A stretch of 63,167 nucleotides of DNA, the filler included. It is 11 parts of 11 records of this genome, joined end to end, with 100 filler letters (N's around TTAATTAATTAA, not from the genome) between each part and the next. Parts side by side here need not be neighbours in the genome. Positions count along the whole stretch, not along the records: positions 55,417 to 59,963 come from SRR15195285_1099; positions 60,064 to 63,167 come from SRR15195285_1145; 9 more parts are not named here. One strand, given 5' to 3'. The translations under genes and the position numbers were made by a program. Under the pieces are notes generated by a model. That model did no database searches and was not told the DNA's origin. It saw nothing but the letters and a program-made list of their open reading frames with translations. Shown in pieces: positions 58,603-63,167 of this stretch (position 1 is the stretch's first letter; the number at the start of each line of letters is the position of its first letter).

Positions 58603-59694
58603 CTACCGAAAGTACCTGTCCAACCACTCGAGTAGCTGGGCCGTGCTGAACCCAATGTGACCGCCAGCAAACTCTTCGAAAAAGAGCCGACCTTCCCCGT
58701 CCATGCTGCGCAGTCCAAATAGATCGTTCATCCACCAGTCGGTCTCTCGCATTGTCTGAATTGCTTCCCACTGCCCGGGCGCCGGTGCTCCCCACTGCTG
58801 TCCCACCACTGGCCAGACCACAGCATCCTGTAGCGCCATCACTGATATCAGCTGCTGGGTCCTCAGCATGTTCTCCCGAAAGGTGTTGTTGACGAACAGG
58901 CCTTCATTGTTCCAACTTGCGAGCTGAGAATGCTCGCGGTACTCTGGAGTGTCAAGCTTCGTCGGGTCTCGGAAATAGTTGGCCTGGAACAGAAAGCTCT
59001 GGAACAACGGCAGGTAAGCGAGAGAACCAAGAAACTCAGCGAGGACCTGGCAGATGACACCGACCACCGGTATGTCTGGGGCACAGTACGGAAACGCGGC
59101 AACACCAACAATTGGCGAGGACAGTGACATGAAGCCAACGACGGGCGGGTCGTTGTAGCGTTGAATGTAGCCACGGATGACATTAGACCCTTGTGAGACT
59201 CCGAATGCGTAGAATCCAGCGCGTAGATTTTCGTCAGCCCGGACTCGAGTGGCAAATTCGTCCACGTTGCCGTCCATGGTCATCAGGAATGAGTTCAGCG
59301 TGTCGGTGATCACGTTGTCACCAGTGGGGATGCAGCGGGAGTACACGCCAAGATGTTCTCCGGCGATACTCGCCAGCGACAGCATGCCCGCGTTGAAACA
59401 CGAGTCGCCCATGCCAGAGGCGGCGACAATTGGAAACGCAGCTCGCTCCCCCGCCCGGGCACGTTTCCCACAGCCTGTGGTGGCGTTGCACGAATGCACG
59501 CGCATGATCTCGGCGTTGGGATCGGAGCGCAGCTCATGCGCGACTGCAGCCCCCTCGCCCGCGTGAACTCGGCGGTGCAGATTCCCCAGCCGCGGCGCGT
59601 GCGTCGCGAGCTCATCCACAGCGGATGAGGACACTGCGTAAGCCATCGTGACGACCATCGCCACGGCGGCGGCGAGCGGCGCCGGCGGCACCAT
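58603..59694 (-). CDS. PPT1: Palmitoyl-protein thioesterase 1 family (secreted/lysosomal)
   Basis: Signal peptide; GMGDSC, GVSQG nucleophile, FQANYFRDP, D..V.P, DLFGLRSMD..GRL and GGHI. Intronless. Confidence 0.9.
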   Translation of the reverse strand: MVPPAPLAAAVAMVVTMAYAVSSSAVDELATHAPRLGNLHRRVHAGEGAAVAHELRSDPNAEIMRVHSCNATTGCGKRARAGERAAFPIVAASGMGDSCFNAGMLSLASIAGEHLGVYSRCIPTGDNVITDTLNSFLMTMDGNVDEFATRVRADENLRAGFYAFGVSQGSNVIRGYIQRYNDPPVVGFMSLSSPIVGVAAFPYCAPDIPVVGVICQVLAEFLGSLAYLPLFQSFLFQANYFRDPTKLDTPEYREHSQLASWNNEGLFVNNTFRENMLRTQQLISVMALQDAVVWPVVGQQWGAPAPGQWEAIQTMRETDWWMNDLFGLRSMDGEGRLFFEEFAGGHIGFSTAQLLEWLDRYFR

Positions 59695-60592
59695 CCTTGA
59701 CTCTCGCTTCCAGTTTCCCCCGCCGCGTCTGATGGAAACTTCTCTCTTGTGTCAGCGAGAGAACCCTCCTGCAACTGCAAGGAAGTAGTGCAAGGCTTCG
59801 CCCAGCAAGCACGGAGCGCCAGCACCGCCCGTGCAGTCGGTCCCGCGGCGACGCGCGCACGCGCGCGTGTGCGCCGCCCGGCGCGAACACACACTGAACC
59901 CACACACCCAGCAGACCCATGCCTGCATGCCACTCAGGACCCGATGTGCCCGTCCCGACCGGGNNNNNNNNNNNNNNNNNNNNNNNNNNNNNNNNNNNNN
60001 NNNNNNNTTAATTAATTAANNNNNNNNNNNNNNNNNNNNNNNNNNNNNNNNNNNNNNNNNNNNTCGAAGACCGGATCGTTGCTGCGGCGCCCTATCTAGG
60101 ATATATAGCCTGGCTGGCGGCCGGGTCTGTCTGGCGGCCCGGCGGCGGGGGGGGCGTACGACTACGTAGCTAGTGGTGGGCGCGTGGCGTGGTGGTTTCT
60201 TCGTGTTTAACCCGCGCGGGTGTTGAACAGGCTGCTACTATAGTAGCGTGTACACGCGGTGGGCGTGCTTTCTACAGAGTACATTCGCGTAGCTCGATCG
60301 GGAGCATTGCCGTTTGCCCTATCTTTCCGTACTAGCTACAAGCCGATTCTCGCGCGGATGTGACGGCTAACAGCACCTCGTCTTGCTCAGCCTGTCGACG
60401 TCAGGGTTCATGATGCGCTCCCCGATGCGATGCGGCGGCGGGGAAGCAGCCCAGCAGAGAATCGTGTTCCATCTGACATTCGACCGATCGCCGGCCGTGG
60501 TGGAAGCCGTTCAGCACGGGGCGAGCTACAGTAGCTAGTGGAGTAGCAACGCAGACGCTGCTGGCGATCTCACAACACGAAGCGGTTTCTTT

Positions 60593-61741
60593 ATGATAAC
60601 GGCGCTGGCGCGCCGCCTAGGCATTACGCGTGGCTTGCAGGCGACGATTCCCGCTCCCAGACAGTTGCAGCTACCAGTCACGGCCCACGCTGGTCGCAGC
60701 AGGCTGCCGACAGCAACGCGGCTGTCTGTTGAAGACCCTGTGGCTGAACAGCCGCGGGGCGACCGCGAACGAGGGCCAGCGGAGCACGCAGCGCTGGTCG
60801 CCACGCTCCGACACGAGCTTGGCCTGCAGCTCAATACGCAGTGGGCGATGAGCGATCCTCCCGCCTGCTCGAATTCATGGCCGGTCGATCTGCTGCGAAG
60901 TTGGTTTGAGGACGGAGGCAACCTGACCACCGATGCCCTGAATGCACAACCTTCCTCAGCTGCGATGCGGCCACTGATAGACATGGTCGGTTGCGGCCTT
61001 CCGGTCGCCGAGCTTGCTCCATTTCAGATGGGTCCAGGTGGGCTGCTCGGTGCGATACAGCGCGGTGATGAAGCTGGTGTCTGTTCGCTTGTCGAACACC
61101 TTGCTGAAAACAACTGTGTCACCTGCGATCTTGGCATGATGCCGAGCACTTTGAGCACTATCATTCATGAGGGAAAGCTTGCCTGGCCAGCGATGCGACC
61201 CGGTGAGCTCCGCGCTCCCGATGGAGGCACTGTTTCTGGGCGTTCTCCATCAAACGCGCCGCGCGGCGATCGGTTTGTGCTATACAGAAGCCTCGATGGT
61301 GGTCCAGCATCCTGGCCAGCGCTGGCCGAAGCTGACGGCGTCCTTGGCACCGTGGGTGCGGCTTTGTCACCACATCTGGTGTCTACTGGGATGAAAAGCA
61401 TAGCGAGCCGTTCGGACACGTTTTTTGCTTGCTTTCCGGGCGATGGGCTCGGCTATGGCAGCCACTACGATACCAGTACTCTCACTGCGATCCTCTACAC
61501 CACTCCGGACTGGCAGAAAAGTCATGGAGGTCGCGTGCTCATGCTTGACGAGCGGCAATCCTGCTGGTGGGCAGTGCCACCTCGTAGCGGGACGCTTGTG
61601 ATCTTTCGTTCCGAGCGGGTGCTACACAAAGTGGAGCCTTGTTTTCGTAGGCGATACGCCCTGACAGTGTTTCTGCATGCTAAGCCAAAGCATGTGCCAG
61701 TGGTGCAGGCTGGAGTCGGCTTTCTGTCAGGCGGCTACTGA
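60593..61741 (+). CDS. 2-oxoglutarate/Fe(II) dioxygenase, EGLN/PHD-like prolyl hydroxylase domain
   Basis: RGD, ACFPGDGLGYGSHYD (HxD), LTAILY..W...GG, P..GTLVIFRS..LHKVEP..RRYALTV. The Arg-rich N-terminus could be an organellar targeting peptide. Confidence 0.85.
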   Translation: MITALARRLGITRGLQATIPAPRQLQLPVTAHAGRSRLPTATRLSVEDPVAEQPRGDRERGPAEHAALVATLRHELGLQLNTQWAMSDPPACSNSWPVDLLRSWFEDGGNLTTDALNAQPSSAAMRPLIDMVGCGLPVAELAPFQMGPGGLLGAIQRGDEAGVCSLVEHLAENNCVTCDLGMMPSTLSTIIHEGKLAWPAMRPGELRAPDGGTVSGRSPSNAPRGDRFVLYRSLDGGPASWPALAEADGVLGTVGAALSPHLVSTGMKSIASRSDTFFACFPGDGLGYGSHYDTSTLTAILYTTPDWQKSHGGRVLMLDERQSCWWAVPPRSGTLVIFRSERVLHKVEPCFRRRYALTVFLHAKPKHVPVVQAGVGFLSGGY

Positions 61742-61840
61742 GAATATAGTTGTTATCCGTGCCTGTGCCTAGGAAGACTAGAGAGTGTTCACCTTGAATA
61801 CGCTGGCAAAACTCATTGGCAACTGCTATACATACTTCAC

Positions 61841-63001
61841 TTAGAGGGACGCTGGGGTGTACTTCAGCAAGTCCCCATTGGATTCGCTCTTCTTGAGCTG
61901 CGCGACTCTCACATAGTCCACTCTATGATACCCCGGAAAAACCGTAGAAAAGCCCGGCGGCTGCGGCCAGGGCCCTCCTATTGCCGTGTTGATGAGCAAG
62001 TGGTAGCCAACGTCGAAAAACTCCCCACAGTGCGTGTTGTTTGACGTCGCAGTGCATTTGGGCACATCAATCACTTGCGTCCCGTCCACATAAAACGACG
62101 CAGCAGTCGGAGAGTACTCGACCGCGTACTCGTGCCAGGTGCTAAAGTTAGCGACAGGAATGCTGTTCCCATCGTGTAAGTTATGTGGCGCAACAGAGCA
62201 GTTGGGCTGGCTGTGGTAAGTCGTGTGAGCTATCCCGTCGCCATCCACCATCTCCAAGATGTCGAGCTCTGCCGCAGAGCAACCTCCGCCTTGGACTCCG
62301 GCCTCAGGCTTACAGCCTGTTGGGCAGCCCGACGGAAGCAGCCAGTGCGCTGGCCAGTACCCTGTTCCTTTGCCAGCTCCTCCACCACCCGGCAGCTGAG
62401 CGCGAACGCAGACTCGAGTCGTCTTGCCACCCCCGCCGAACGCCCGCTTACCGTTTGTTGTGACGGCGGCGCTGGTGTAGTTGAAAGTTGTGTCGCCGTA
62501 CAGCTTCAGTGGAATGCCCTCAGTGTATGCACTGGCATGCTCACGCTGCGACCGGATGACGAGCATGCCATCTTCTACCCATACGTTCTCCTGCAGATTC
62601 TTGGCAATGCGAAGCGAACTACGGGTGTCCCAGCCCATATCGTTGCTCCAAGTCAAGTTGTCGAGCGCATTGCCGTTGAACTCGTCTGCGAAGGTCGCCT
62701 CCCACCCCACCATACCACAGAATGATTCACCAGGCGCCAACGGTGGGGCTGGTGGCCTCGGGACGGTGCAGCCACGGGGGTGCTGCCCTTTGTTGCCGTC
62801 TTGGCAGCCGTTCCGTGTATGGCTGAAAGGCGGCTCGCAACCGGCCGTGCTGCGTGGGCAGCCTTCCTGACAGCTCCCGCATGGGACCTGGTCGCAGCTT
62901 GGGCAATCGGACGTGCTCTCCGCTAGTCGCTCCACGCCAGCAAGAGCAACGCCGCCCGGCACAGCAAGCAGTGCGAGCATCAGCGCGTCCTGTGCGACCA
63001 T
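61841..63001 (-). CDS. Secreted glycoside hydrolase family 16 (laminarinase-like)
   Basis: Signal peptide; FADEFNGNALD..W, NVWVEDGMLVI, YTSA, GYWPAHWLL, catalytic ELDILE, WHEYAVEY, LLINTAIGG.WP and VDYVRV. Confidence 0.92.
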   Translation of the reverse strand: MVAQDALMLALLAVPGGVALAGVERLAESTSDCPSCDQVPCGSCQEGCPRSTAGCEPPFSHTRNGCQDGNKGQHPRGCTVPRPPAPPLAPGESFCGMVGWEATFADEFNGNALDNLTWSNDMGWDTRSSLRIAKNLQENVWVEDGMLVIRSQREHASAYTEGIPLKLYGDTTFNYTSAAVTTNGKRAFGGGGKTTRVCVRAQLPGGGGAGKGTGYWPAHWLLPSGCPTGCKPEAGVQGGGCSAAELDILEMVDGDGIAHTTYHSQPNCSVAPHNLHDGNSIPVANFSTWHEYAVEYSPTAASFYVDGTQVIDVPKCTATSNNTHCGEFFDVGYHLLINTAIGGPWPQPPGFSTVFPGYHRVDYVRVAQLKKSESNGDLLKYTPASL

Positions 63002-63167
63002 CTGCGTCCGGGCAGGTACGTCGACTACAGAGTGCACGCACGCGCACAGACCGCGCGCGAGACCCGGAGCGCGGGCGCGCCCGCGGCGCCGGCGCGCAGC
63101 ATGCAGCCATGCACGCGCGCAGGGCGCCGCCCCAAGCATGCAGAATTCCAAACCAATTCCTTCAGGC

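Noticed and set aside
1-63167. Prokaryotic operon, phage, defence system or transposase
   Set aside because: Most genes, including the bacterial-looking ones, carry spliceosomal introns. I recognised no integrase, RT, transposase, capsid, rRNA or tRNA signature.

Overview
Eukaryotic nuclear DNA of fairly high GC, in the standard genetic code, with frequent short GT-AG spliceosomal introns (about 60-190 bp; donors often GTGCG, GTACG, GTGAG or GTAAG). It is not one locus. Eleven contigs are joined by ten artificial 100-bp spacers (N44-TTAATTAATTAA-N44), so adjacency is only meaningful within a contig: 1-3815, 3916-7601, 7702-11860, 11961-25644, 25745-30506, 30607-39614, 39715-44689, 44790-49753, 49854-55316, 55417-59963 and 60064-63167. 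It looks like a fragmented single-cell or metagenome assembly of a protist, probably marine; a Picozoa-like lineage is only a guess. I spliced 23 genes by hand. The recognisable ones are ADA2, a type-B carboxylesterase, PDX2, a NIPA Mg transporter, a KDEL-ending PDI, an AIP2-like RING E3, a pectin acetylesterase, a GH110-like beta-helix enzyme, NRT2, UROS/HemD, PPT1, a PHD-like 2OG oxygenase and a GH16. The novelty lies mainly in domain architectures. (1) A kinase-less giant with SH3, EF-hands, nine tandem cyclic-nucleotide-binding domains, TPR and SAM. (2) A secreted EGF-repeat protein with a Vibrio-sialidase-type CBM40-like lectin domain and bacterial-type repeats. (3) A bacterial-type FGE-domain/sialidase fusion with 10 introns. 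(4) An anoctamin with a J-like insert, altered TM6 Ca2+ ligands and an SH3. (5) A stand-alone ProRS anticodon-binding domain with RGG repeats. (6) A PA-SH3-RhoGAP-SH3 protein. (7) A head-to-head NRT2/UROS pair. I recognised no rRNA, tRNA, CRISPR array or transposase. All domain calls come from motif recognition by eye, without database searches.
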